A stretch of 62,467 nucleotides of DNA, filler included. It is 6 parts of 6 records of this genome, joined end to end, with 100 filler letters (N's around TTAATTAATTAA, not from the genome) between each part and the next. Parts side by side here need not be neighbours in the genome. Positions count along the whole stretch, not along the records: positions 1 to 10,727 come from SRR31156797_5018; 5 more parts are not named here. One strand, written 5' to 3'. Position 1 is the first letter of the stretch; the number at the start of each line of letters is the position of its first letter. The notes under the pieces were generated by a model. The model did not search any database. It was not told the origin of the DNA and saw only the letters and a list, made by a program, of their open reading frames with translations. Below, piece by piece: positions 1 through 8,567 of this stretch. The position numbers and the translations under genes were made by a program.

Positions 1-1
1 C

Positions 2-229
2 AGAACGTTTCACGATGCGACATTGAACGGCGGGGGCGCTCCTTTCACGGCGCCATGGCTTGTAGCCATGGGTTATGGATTTCATTTCTTGCGTTTTCGA
101 GAGGCTCCGACCTGGACAGCGAAGGGCGACGGCAAGTGGATAATAAACATGCCGGTTGAAATAATCGCAGGCGTTGAAACAGATGGCGAAGGTAATACTT
201 TAATATATCCACCGTTAGAGGTTGAATAA
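2..229 (+). CDS. Phage minor tail protein (gpM/Dit-like), 5'-truncated
   Basis: Frame is open from the window edge (RTFHDATLNGGGAPFTAPWLVAMGY...). It shares FxAPWLxAMGY with the next ORF, and its stop overlaps the next ATG (TAATG). Confidence 0.6.
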   Translation, partial: RTFHDATLNGGGAPFTAPWLVAMGYGFHFLRFREAPTWTAKGDGKWIINMPVEIIAGVETDGEGNTLIYPPLEVE

Positions 230-1374
230 TGGCTGAATGGCCTTCAAATTTACCAGGTCCAAATAGGACAATATCGATTCAGGCCGGATCAAATTTGAAA
301 AGCCGGGAGCTTGAATCCGGGCGGCGCGAAGTTCGCCGTTTTGGTTCTGGTGCGCCTGACATAGCAACGGTTGTGTTTCGTTTGTTCAATGAAGACGTTT
401 CGGCATTTGAATATTTTTTCGACCGTGACGCGAATTTGGGCGTCAACTGGTTTTCGGCTCCCTGGCTGTCAGCCATGGGATACTCGGACCATAAGGCGCG
501 GATATTGGGATATCCGAAGAGGAAAGCGAGCGGGAAATTCTATTCGGATTATGACGTGACGCTTTTGATTCAAAAGGCGGTTGATTGTCCTGATGATACG
601 TTTTGGCCGTCCAGTGGGAGCGGTGGAAGCGGTAGCAGTGCGGAATTTAACGAAACAAATTTGTTCGCCAATGGTGAATGGGGCATATGGTGCGATTTTA
701 CCGACTTCAACAGGATGTTTCAAGATGAGGCAATGACAACGCCTGTTACCGCCGCTAACCAATATGTAAGGGCGTTTTCGGGCGACCATTTTTCAGAATC
801 AAACCCGCATATGCGACAATACGCTTATGGGTCATACTATTGGATTTCTCATAATATAGACGGGTATAATTGCGTTAACACCGCTTTGAGCAATAAACAT
901 AAAACATGTTTTATAACCAATCAATATTTACGTAAAGATGATTATCCGCCAATAGAATTAACTATGTTGGCTGTTGTAAAGTATCTAAATACAGGGGTGA
1001 TATGCAGGTTTTACAAAAACGGCGCCGGATCTGAATGTATAGAATTTAGAGGGACGTCCCGTAGCCCATATATAATCACAAAAGCAGACAACGTAATGGG
1101 CAGCGCAAATATATATAATCAATGGAAATTGATAGAAATGCAATACACAGGCAACAACGTAATAATTAGGGTTGATGGTGTGATCGATAAAAATGAATCC
1201 ATGACAAGCTATTACCCGGATGAACCCTTATGTTTAGGAGTTGGCGACTATAACGATTCGCTTAGGGGCTATTGGCGGTGGGCGGCAATGGTTAACCGCC
1301 TTTTGACCGATGATGAAAGAACATCAATGCATCAGTATGTAAATGACCATTTTGGTTTAAGCATAGGAACGTAA
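229..1374 (+). CDS. Phage minor tail protein: gpM/Dit-like N-terminus, GS linker, LamG/concanavalin-like C-terminal domain
   Basis: N-terminus resembles minor tail proteins (WPSNLPGP...ELESGRREVRR...FEYFF...GVNWF). SSGSGGSGSS linker. The C-terminus has LamG-like features (IIRVDGV...LGVG...NRLLTDDER..MHQYVNDHFGL). Confidence 0.6.
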   Translation: MAEWPSNLPGPNRTISIQAGSNLKSRELESGRREVRRFGSGAPDIATVVFRLFNEDVSAFEYFFDRDANLGVNWFSAPWLSAMGYSDHKARILGYPKRKASGKFYSDYDVTLLIQKAVDCPDDTFWPSSGSGGSGSSAEFNETNLFANGEWGIWCDFTDFNRMFQDEAMTTPVTAANQYVRAFSGDHFSESNPHMRQYAYGSYYWISHNIDGYNCVNTALSNKHKTCFITNQYLRKDDYPPIELTMLAVVKYLNTGVICRFYKNGAGSECIEFRGTSRSPYIITKADNVMGSANIYNQWKLIEMQYTGNNVIIRVDGVIDKNESMTSYYPDEPLCLGVGDYNDSLRGYWRWAAMVNRLLTDDERTSMHQYVNDHFGLSIGT

Positions 1375-1378
1375 TAAA

Positions 1379-2005
1379 ATGAAATATGCACAGATCGACT
1401 TTGAAACAAAACAAATGCAAGGGCGCCCGGGTGCATTGCCGAACAGGTGGACCACGCCTGAAGGGGCGACGATAAATCATTTTGACAAGCTCTCACAATC
1501 AGCGCTTTTCGGCTTAGGTTGGGCGCCGGTCATATATGAAAGTATCAATCCTGAAACCCATGAACGGGCATCGACGCCGGTATATAACGATGAAACCCGG
1601 TGTTTTGTGTATGCGGCTATTCCGGTGGATATAAACCGGTTGAAACAGGACGCCAAAAACGAAATTGACATGGCGGCAAGCAATGCCAGTTCTAAATATA
1701 TAACGGACGGAATAGGGCAAGACCTGAGATACAGCGAAAAGGCTAAAGAAGCCATCGACTATATATTGGCGGAAAATCCGAATATTTCAGATTTTCCAAT
1801 TTTGAAGGCGGAAGCCGAAGCGGTGTCAGAAGATTATGAAGTAAGGGCGGAACTGATTGTTGACAGGGCGGCGGAATGGATTAAAAAGGCCGCCGAAATT
1901 GAAGGCGCGAGAATAGGCGGAAAACATAAGGTTGACCGGGCCGAAACCGCCGAAACGGTTATAACCGCAAGGGATGAAGCAATAACCGCTATAGAGGCGC
2001 TATAA
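1379..2005 (+). CDS. Phage tail-fibre-associated/assembly protein
   Basis: Position in the tail module. The C-terminal half (IDMAA...YIT..GQ...Y.EKA.EA...W...AAEIEGARIGGK) resembles common tail-fibre accessory proteins. Confidence 0.55.
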   Translation: MKYAQIDFETKQMQGRPGALPNRWTTPEGATINHFDKLSQSALFGLGWAPVIYESINPETHERASTPVYNDETRCFVYAAIPVDINRLKQDAKNEIDMAASNASSKYITDGIGQDLRYSEKAKEAIDYILAENPNISDFPILKAEAEAVSEDYEVRAELIVDRAAEWIKKAAEIEGARIGGKHKVDRAETAETVITARDEAITAIEAL

Positions 2006-2488
2006 ATGGTCGATCTTAGCGAAGCGATAAAAGAGGCTTACGAGTATGCGCCGGCGGATGTGACTTATTACGATACCTTAGAAATTGACCATAACAGTTT
2101 TACGGAATCTATCAAAATTGTTCAATCCGCTAAAAAGCTGATTACTAATCAAGGCACGTTTTTACCGGTTTTTTTTTCGTTTTCATTACCTGAAACCGAA
2201 GGAAGCGTCCGGGGCGAGATGGTTTTAACCGTTAATTTTTTGACCAAGGAAGCACGGGAAAAAATACGTGAGGCCGCGGCGACAAGGCACAAGGTTGAAA
2301 TCACGTACAGGCAGTATTTAGAGGGGCAACTTGACCCTGACGCCGAATTGCCTACGCCTTTGCAAGTCAATTCAATCAATGAGACGCAAGCGGGGATAGA
2401 AGTAAAAGCGATGTTTCCTGACCTGGTGGGCGCATACTTCCCGCGTCGATTAATGACAGTATCAGAATTACCGGGGTGTCGAGTTTGA
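2006..2488 (+). CDS. DUF1833-family phage minor tail protein (gpL-like)
   Basis: N-terminal LSEAIKEAY..AP.DV.YYDTLEI.H motif, internal ITYRQYL and C-terminal FP.R......PG pattern. Confidence 0.75.
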   Translation: MVDLSEAIKEAYEYAPADVTYYDTLEIDHNSFTESIKIVQSAKKLITNQGTFLPVFFSFSLPETEGSVRGEMVLTVNFLTKEAREKIREAAATRHKVEITYRQYLEGQLDPDAELPTPLQVNSINETQAGIEVKAMFPDLVGAYFPRRLMTVSELPGCRV

Positions 2489-2892
2489 CCTCGGATCGAA
2501 TTTTAAAATACATCGGTCAAAAATGGAAGCCTGACCGGGATTGCTTGTACTGGTTTACGGTAATCCAAAAAAACGAATTTGGGCGTGATGTCTTTCCTGC
2601 GAAGGTCAATCATGAAGGCCATACGGCGTTCGTAAAAAGTGCGGCCGATTTGATGGGGCCGAAATTAAAAGAGGTTTTCGGATGGGTTGAAACCAAAGAC
2701 CCTAAAGAGGGTGACGCCGTCTTTATGAGTCAAAGAAAAAGACCGCATCATGTCGGGACATTGGTTGATATAGGCGGCGAATATCAGGTTTTACACGCTA
2801 TAGAGGGCGTGGGCATGGTGCTTTCGGACATGCTGACGTTACGATTGAACGGCTGGAAGATAACAGGGTATTACACTGATGGAAATAAATAA
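2476..2892 (+). CDS. NlpC/P60-family tail assembly protein (gpK-like)
   Basis: YIG..W....DC catalytic Cys motif, P.EGDAV.M, HHVG and VLHA motifs. Lies between the L-like and J-like genes. Confidence 0.8.
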   Translation: MSSLTSDRILKYIGQKWKPDRDCLYWFTVIQKNEFGRDVFPAKVNHEGHTAFVKSAADLMGPKLKEVFGWVETKDPKEGDAVFMSQRKRPHHVGTLVDIGGEYQVLHAIEGVGMVLSDMLTLRLNGWKITGYYTDGNK

Positions 2893-5800
2893 GACTTGGA
2901 ATCCGCTTTCACTTTCCCGCGATATTCAATTTATAGAAGCTAATGAATGCTTTTCACCTAATCAGATAATTGAACAATATCAATTAAATTTCAACCGGCC
3001 TTTTTACTTGTTGGTAAATGGTGAACCTGTTTTAAGGGCTGATTGGGATAAACCGGTCCCGAACAATTCTATCTTGCATTTTGTGGAATTACCGCAAGGC
3101 GGGCAGGGCGGGAACTCTAACCCGGTAGCAATAATCGCTATGCTTGCGGTTGTGGCTATTGCCGCTTATACAGGCGGTGTAGTGGCCGGGTATATTGGCG
3201 GCAATCTTGGAACGGTGGTTGGCGGGATTGTCCAGGGCGTCATTGTTGTTGGCGGCGTGTTTCTGGTAAATCAGTTTTTGGGCTTGAGCAATGTCGGCAA
3301 CGTGGACCAAACGACCACTGAAAATGCGGCAACCGCTTACAGCCTTACTTCGGGCCGGAACATGATAGCGTTAGGTCAACCCTTTCCTGAGCATTTTGGG
3401 CGGTTTAAATTCTATCCAAATTTGATACAAAATCCGTTTGGCGTGTATGTAGATCACGAACAATTTTATTACATGCTTGGCGTCGTTGGCGTGGGCGAAT
3501 ATGACATTGAGGGCGTGTATATCGACAAAACGCCTTTTTCGGAATATGCAGATAGCTCTTACAACATTTTAGCGCCTGGCGTGGCTCCAACTTTATGCCC
3601 TGAAATAAGTTATGTTTGCTCGGAATTGAACGGTCAAGAACTCGGTACGGACTGGATCAATGCCGTTGTTTCCGCTCCTGGAACGGTAACATATTGGTTC
3701 GGGGTGGATATCCTGTTTTCAAGCGGTTTAGTTGGCTATAACGACCGGGGCGAACCCTATACGGCAAGCGTTGAGGTCATAATAAAACAGCGCCTTGTTG
3801 ATGATGACGGGAACCCTACAACCGATTGGGTTGAATCATCAAGAAAAATATATTCCGCCGCGACAAGAGATCCACGGCGTTATTCAGAGAGGATAACCGG
3901 CGTTCACGGTCCTGGCCGATACGAGCTTGCAATTAAACGGACAACAGCCGAGTCGAGCGACTCCAAAATGATTGATAAAGCCGCTATTGGCGGGGTTAGG
4001 GGCGTTGGGGCTTTGCATCCTGATTATGGGGACGTAACCCTTTTCGAGTGCAAAATAAAGGCGACAAAGCAGTTATCAGGCGGCGCCGCGTCCAAGGTAA
4101 ACGTTATAGCAACCCGGAAATTAAAGCCGGTAGAATCAACCGGGATGGGCGCGAGCCTGGCCGCCACAAGGTCAATAGTTGATGCCTGCGCGTATATAGT
4201 TACGAGTTATAACGGCGGGAAACAGGTTGAATCAATCCTTGATTTTAGCTCTCTTCACACCTTGAGGACTACGTTAGAAGGCCGGTCAAACTATTTTGAT
4301 TATAGGTTTACGTCTCGTATATCCGTGATGGAAGCCTGCTCTAAGGTGGCAAGGTGCGGAAGGTCGGTCCCGATTATGCCGGGCGGGTTGTTTTCGCTTG
4401 TCAGAGATGAACTGCAAACATTACCGGTCCAGGTCTACACTGATGACGACTATACAGCCGGATCGTTTGAAATGAATCACATTTTGAGAACGGAGGACAG
4501 CCCGACCTGTGTTGAAGTTAAATATATTGACCCGGATACCTGGGAAAATGAATCTGTTTATTGCTATGAATTAGGGGGGAATACGGAAAACCCGGCTGTG
4601 TTGCAGCTTGAAGGCTGCACAAACCGTCAACATGCCTGGGAAGAAGGCATGTATATGTATAAAGATGATGAGATAAACCGGACAGCGGTCCAATTTGTAA
4701 CAGGGCTGAAGGGCCATATTCCGCGTATTGGCCGAATGATTTTTGCGGCGGCTCCGTCAATCGATTGGGGGCAGTCGGGATTAATTGAAGACATGGACGA
4801 TACTGGTATATGGCTGTCCGAACCGGTTGACTTCGGGAGCGAAGCCAGCGAGGGCGTTTTGTATGTTGTGACGGCGGGCGGTGCGGTTGCAGGACCTTAT
4901 ACCGTGACGCCTACTGATTACGCCCACTGTGTGAGCGGATCTATTCCTGCGAGTGTAAACACGGTAAAAAACAACGGAACAAAAGCGTCCAAATACATTT
5001 TCGGATTGGCGACTACCGACCTATTACGGATTAGGGTGACAAAGATCACGCCTCAAAGTCAAAACGAGATCAGGGTAGAAGGCTCAATAATTCATGATGA
5101 GGTTCACACTGCCGATCAGGGAACCGCGCCGCCATTATCGGCGTCCTATGTTGATTATGGCTTATGTGAATATGCGGATGTGGGCTATCAGGGCGTCTCT
5201 GGTGCAAACCGGGTATACAGGCTTTCATGGATGGGAAGCGCTACCAAATTTAAGGCTGAAATTGATACTGGAAGCGGCTTTGTCTTGCATCAGGACAATT
5301 TAAGCGCTTATAGCGTGACCTATGAAACAACATCCATGCGGATTAGGGTTAGGGTGACGCCTTATGACGGTGAAACCTTAATGACCGCACAAGTCAAAAC
5401 ATCAGACTGGCTTGAATTGCCGGCGACACCAACAAATTTGAGATATTCGACCAGTGCGACGGAAAAGGGAATTTTGATACAATGGAACGCTGTTTCTGGC
5501 GTAGATAGATACGAGGCGGCTGTCTGGAACGATGGCGCAATGAAAATTATTGAAGTGGTGGAAAGCAATAGTCACCGCGTTTATTTTGCAGACGTTCAGT
5601 ATGTTTTGGGCGGTTTGACTTTGCCCTGGGAAGACGCTGTTACGGTTAAGGTTCGGGCCTTGAAGGATGGTTATTATTCAGATTGGACGGAATTGGAAAT
5701 TGACGTATCAACTCCAAGGCGTGTAGGCGCGATTACAGTTACCGATAATGTCGCTCCTGATGTCACAATAGAATTCGGGATAAATGACCCGGATTGTGTT

Positions 5801-6058
5801 GACGGCTTTGTTTTTATTTCCGGCCCGGATCAAGAGAACCCTACGGATGGTTCGGAATGGGTATTTGTCCAAGAGGATACGACAGGGACATGCAGCAGCG
5901 TTGCAACCGGAACGGTATTGTATGCCGATTTATGGGAAGGGGCGAACAACCAAGGAACGGGCTTCCCCTATACAGTCGCCGTAGCAGCTTATTACGACAA
6001 CTTAAAAGCTCTTGACTTTTTGCTCTGGCGTGGAACTGCGATATTTGACCCTTCGTAA
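2879..6058 (+). CDS. Phage tail tip/host-specificity protein (TipJ/gpJ-like, N-terminal gpI-like region, C-terminal FN3-like domains)
   Basis: 1059 aa. LVNGEPVLRADW...LPQGG followed by a Gly/Ala-rich hydrophobic segment, then LGQPFPEHFGR, VEVKYID...W and LEGCTNRQHAW motifs; beta-rich C-terminus. Confidence 0.85.
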   Translation: MEINKTWNPLSLSRDIQFIEANECFSPNQIIEQYQLNFNRPFYLLVNGEPVLRADWDKPVPNNSILHFVELPQGGQGGNSNPVAIIAMLAVVAIAAYTGGVVAGYIGGNLGTVVGGIVQGVIVVGGVFLVNQFLGLSNVGNVDQTTTENAATAYSLTSGRNMIALGQPFPEHFGRFKFYPNLIQNPFGVYVDHEQFYYMLGVVGVGEYDIEGVYIDKTPFSEYADSSYNILAPGVAPTLCPEISYVCSELNGQELGTDWINAVVSAPGTVTYWFGVDILFSSGLVGYNDRGEPYTASVEVIIKQRLVDDDGNPTTDWVESSRKIYSAATRDPRRYSERITGVHGPGRYELAIKRTTAESSDSKMIDKAAIGGVRGVGALHPDYGDVTLFECKIKATKQLSGGAASKVNVIATRKLKPVESTGMGASLAATRSIVDACAYIVTSYNGGKQVESILDFSSLHTLRTTLEGRSNYFDYRFTSRISVMEACSKVARCGRSVPIMPGGLFSLVRDELQTLPVQVYTDDDYTAGSFEMNHILRTEDSPTCVEVKYIDPDTWENESVYCYELGGNTENPAVLQLEGCTNRQHAWEEGMYMYKDDEINRTAVQFVTGLKGHIPRIGRMIFAAAPSIDWGQSGLIEDMDDTGIWLSEPVDFGSEASEGVLYVVTAGGAVAGPYTVTPTDYAHCVSGSIPASVNTVKNNGTKASKYIFGLATTDLLRIRVTKITPQSQNEIRVEGSIIHDEVHTADQGTAPPLSASYVDYGLCEYADVGYQGVSGANRVYRLSWMGSATKFKAEIDTGSGFVLHQDNLSAYSVTYETTSMRIRVRVTPYDGETLMTAQVKTSDWLELPATPTNLRYSTSATEKGILIQWNAVSGVDRYEAAVWNDGAMKIIEVVESNSHRVYFADVQYVLGGLTLPWEDAVTVKVRALKDGYYSDWTELEIDVSTPRRVGAITVTDNVAPDVTIEFGINDPDCVDGFVFISGPDQENPTDGSEWVFVQEDTTGTCSSVATGTVLYADLWEGANNQGTGFPYTVAVAAYYDNLKALDFLLWRGTAIFDPS

Positions 6059-6356
6059 TGCTTCAAAATAACAATTTTACAAATTTGTTAAATTGTGATA
6101 TTTCTTTTATAGCTGAAGGGGTGCACTTTCAGCAGTTTCTAATTTATAAAAACTAATTAACAGTTTGATATTACAGAGATATTGATTGCGCAAATCAATC
6201 TAATAATTGTTGTGTATTAGCAGAAAGGTCCTTATACAAAGGCAAGCGACAATTTTGAGTGTGTTTATTCTCTCACCGAGTGATGTTGACTGAGAAGCTG
6301 AGGCAGCATATTCTTCAATTATTCGTCAAGAATAATTGCAACTTTTCGGAGAAATT

Positions 6357-7067
6357 ATGGATTTGTGGAAGGTTATAATTGGAATTTTTACAGCGGCATT
6401 TCTAATATTATTTAGAAATGCTCAGATTACAGCTCAAAAGCAAAGGGTGATTGCTGTTCGTCTCCGATCATACTTGCTCTATTGGAATAAATGGGTATTA
6501 GATAATGATATGTTCAATATTTTTTATCTTGGCATGAAATGGAATAAGGAGATACGGGAAATATTAAATAGAGGTGGTGGTGCTGAAGATCTCGTAAAAC
6601 TGGAAGAAGAAAAAAAGAAGATGGTTGATGAAATCAAGAACAAGATAGAAAACGAGATCGAAAAAAATGGATTATATAGGGAGGAAATTGTTGAACAACT
6701 AAAAAGAAATTCGGAAAATACAAGCGAATTATTTCTAAAATATGGGTTGCAGATTGAGCAAAATCTGCTTGACGGAAAAATTTTTATAAGTGACGAGGAT
6801 GCTAGCTATCTAGGTGTGCATATAGCTCGTACATGTATAGAAATGAAAATGAATCTAATATCAATGACGAATCAGGGGGTGAGCCTGGTTCATCAAAATT
6901 TGTCAGATCCTGAAAATTTTGATGTGAAGGTCTTTGCCTCAAATTTATCAAAAATTTACTGGAAGGCTATTTTAGTATCTAGAGATATTGATGCATTAAT
7001 CTATCGCATAGATTTTTATACTAAGGAAAGTCTATTCAAACTCATACTTAGAAATTTGAGGCAATAA
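6357..7067 (+). CDS. Hypothetical protein with an N-terminal transmembrane helix and central coiled coil (prophage cargo)
   Basis: ATG at 6357 follows GGAG. Hydrophobic WKVIIGIFTAAFLILF, then an E/K-rich helical stretch. AT-rich relative to the tail genes. Confidence 0.7.
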   Translation: MDLWKVIIGIFTAAFLILFRNAQITAQKQRVIAVRLRSYLLYWNKWVLDNDMFNIFYLGMKWNKEIREILNRGGGAEDLVKLEEEKKKMVDEIKNKIENEIEKNGLYREEIVEQLKRNSENTSELFLKYGLQIEQNLLDGKIFISDEDASYLGVHIARTCIEMKMNLISMTNQGVSLVHQNLSDPENFDVKVFASNLSKIYWKAILVSRDIDALIYRIDFYTKESLFKLILRNLRQ

Positions 7068-7165
7068 CGACAACATAGAAAGTATAATACATGATCTATG
7101 AGATAATAGAATTTGGACCATCGAAAGAAAAGTGCCACACGGTTGATTTTGGGCGTTAGAAGAAA

Positions 7166-8014
7166 ATGGAGAATGATTTGGTTTCTGAAGACTGGCTTAA
7201 AAAATTGAATAAAGAGTTTCGGGATGCTGGCATTGAACAACGTCGGCGTCCTTGGGATGCTATACGGCGATATGCTCAAGAATTCAACGTCCCTGTTGAT
7301 ATTTCTTCAGATTTAGCGAATCAGATATTTGAATGGTTTAAGACGCATTCAAAGCCCGGTGCGCATCAAGTTGGAAGCCTATATGAGTCAATCTATTTCT
7401 ACGACTCTCAGTTTTGGTCCGTCTCAATTCCTGTTATTTTTGGCACTGTTAAGTTGAACGCTATAGATAGCCTACATCAAATGCCAGATTCCCTAAAACA
7501 AGAATTAATGTCAGATCAAAAGCAAGCGTGGGATTACGCAATTTATTGGGCTGATTGTGCTGATTATGGATTAGGAATCGATGATCTGAAAAAGGGATCT
7601 TCATTAGATGCCAAAGGAATGCAATTCTTGATGTCCGGAGATCAGGAATTACGGGCGGCCGCATCGATATTGAGTCAATTGCGCCCGGATTCTCGGGCAA
7701 TTCTTACATGTAGGACGGCAGTTGAACTCTTTCTAAAGGCTTATATTGCTTTAAAGCAAGGGCTTACGGATAAGCAAGCAAAATCAATTGGTCATGATCT
7801 TGAAAAAGGTTTTGATAAGTTTATTGACGTATCTGGCTACAATCATTTGAAGGTTATTAGGGGTAAGCTCTCGGTATTTCCGGAGATAAATGGCAGGTAT
7901 GAAAAGCAAGATGTCACACTTGAAAGATTGTGGAATGGTTTCGCAATAGCTCAATCTATTGGTGTTATAATTATACGTGATCACACAGGCCGTAATGCAT
8001 TAAAGCAACTTTAG
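7166..8014 (+). CDS. HEPN-domain protein (unknown N-terminal domain + C-terminal HEPN-like fold)
   Basis: C-terminal AVELFLKAYI...GHDLEK...RY matches the E..LKA / HDL / RY pattern of PF05168-type HEPN domains. Confidence 0.65.
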   Translation: MENDLVSEDWLKKLNKEFRDAGIEQRRRPWDAIRRYAQEFNVPVDISSDLANQIFEWFKTHSKPGAHQVGSLYESIYFYDSQFWSVSIPVIFGTVKLNAIDSLHQMPDSLKQELMSDQKQAWDYAIYWADCADYGLGIDDLKKGSSLDAKGMQFLMSGDQELRAAASILSQLRPDSRAILTCRTAVELFLKAYIALKQGLTDKQAKSIGHDLEKGFDKFIDVSGYNHLKVIRGKLSVFPEINGRYEKQDVTLERLWNGFAIAQSIGVIIIRDHTGRNALKQL

Positions 8015-8173
8015 GCCCTCTATAAATGCAGCTTTACATTGTTTCGTGTTTATTGTTTTTTTGGCCCAATTCGCCAGGCATAGGTAGGATAGTAATGTCC
8101 AAACTATAAAAGCAAACTTCGACAATTTCCGTTAAAAAATCAGGCGAAAAAGGTTTCGGTGAAACCGGGGACA

Positions 8174-8192
8174 TCTACCAAATGTCTACCAA
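8174..8192 (+). repeat. Direct repeat TCTACCAA x2, candidate integrase arm-type sites
   Basis: Copies at 8174-8181 and 8185-8192, about 60 bp upstream of the att core. Confidence 0.55.
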
Positions 8193-8248
8193 GCCGAAAA
8201 GCGAGCAAAATATTAAAGTTAAAACAGTTAGTTAGGACAGTTTATATA

Positions 8249-8274
8249 GGTTCGATTCCCATGCACTTCCGCCA
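8249..8274 (+). other. Duplicated 3' end of tRNA-Sec (selC) = att core (attR)
   Basis: GGTTCGATTCCCATGCACTTCCGCCA comprises the T-loop, a long acceptor 3' strand ending CTTCC, G discriminator and CCA, typical of tRNA-Sec. No tRNA 5' half upstream. Confidence 0.8.
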
Positions 8275-8291
8275 ACATTTTGAATGAAATC

Positions 8292-8322
8292 AAGGGGTTA
8301 TCCGAAAAGATAGCCCCTTTAT
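8292..8322 (+). terminator. Hairpin just downstream of the att core (terminator-like)
   Basis: AAGGGGTTATC-cgaaaa-GATAGCCCCTT, an 11-bp stem with one G-U pair, followed by TAT. Confidence 0.55.
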
Positions 8323-8344
8323 TGACTCCCGGATGACTCCCGGA
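8323..8344 (+). repeat. Perfect tandem repeat TGACTCCCGGA x2, candidate arm-type sites of a second element
   Basis: Copies at 8323-8333 and 8334-8344, about 50 bp downstream of the att core. Confidence 0.55.
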
Positions 8345-8567
8345 ATGCTCGCTTGGTGTGTGGGGAACTCCATGTTTAAGGTGCACCTTTATGTTATTCC
8401 GGGCCAGACTAAATTAGGTTATACGTTGATTGGGTATTTTTTAGACATTCAGGCTTCTATGTGGTCGATGGTGGGTTTATTATTGAATGTTCAAATTTTG
8501 TTGAGAGTGAATCGGGTCGGATTGAAAACCGGTTTTTGGTATAATTACAATTTAATTTTAATGAAAA

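Larger units (their letters stand above)
1..8274 (+). mobile_element. Right end of a prophage (siphovirus-like tail-tip module plus cargo) ending at a tRNA-Sec-derived att site
   Basis: Coupled + strand tail genes in lambdoid M-L-K-I/J-like order, then AT-rich cargo, then a tRNA 3'-end fragment at 8249-8274. The left boundary lies outside the window. Confidence 0.8.

Noticed and set aside
640-1374. Possible DGR variable region in the Asn/Tyr-rich tail domain
   Set aside because: No template-repeat copy or reverse transcriptase seen in the window, and the fold looks LamG-like. Cannot be excluded for the missing part of the prophage.
8180-8274. Complete tRNA gene
   Set aside because: Only the T-arm and acceptor 3' strand are present. 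Upstream sequence cannot form the D or anticodon arms or a GGAAG 5' end.
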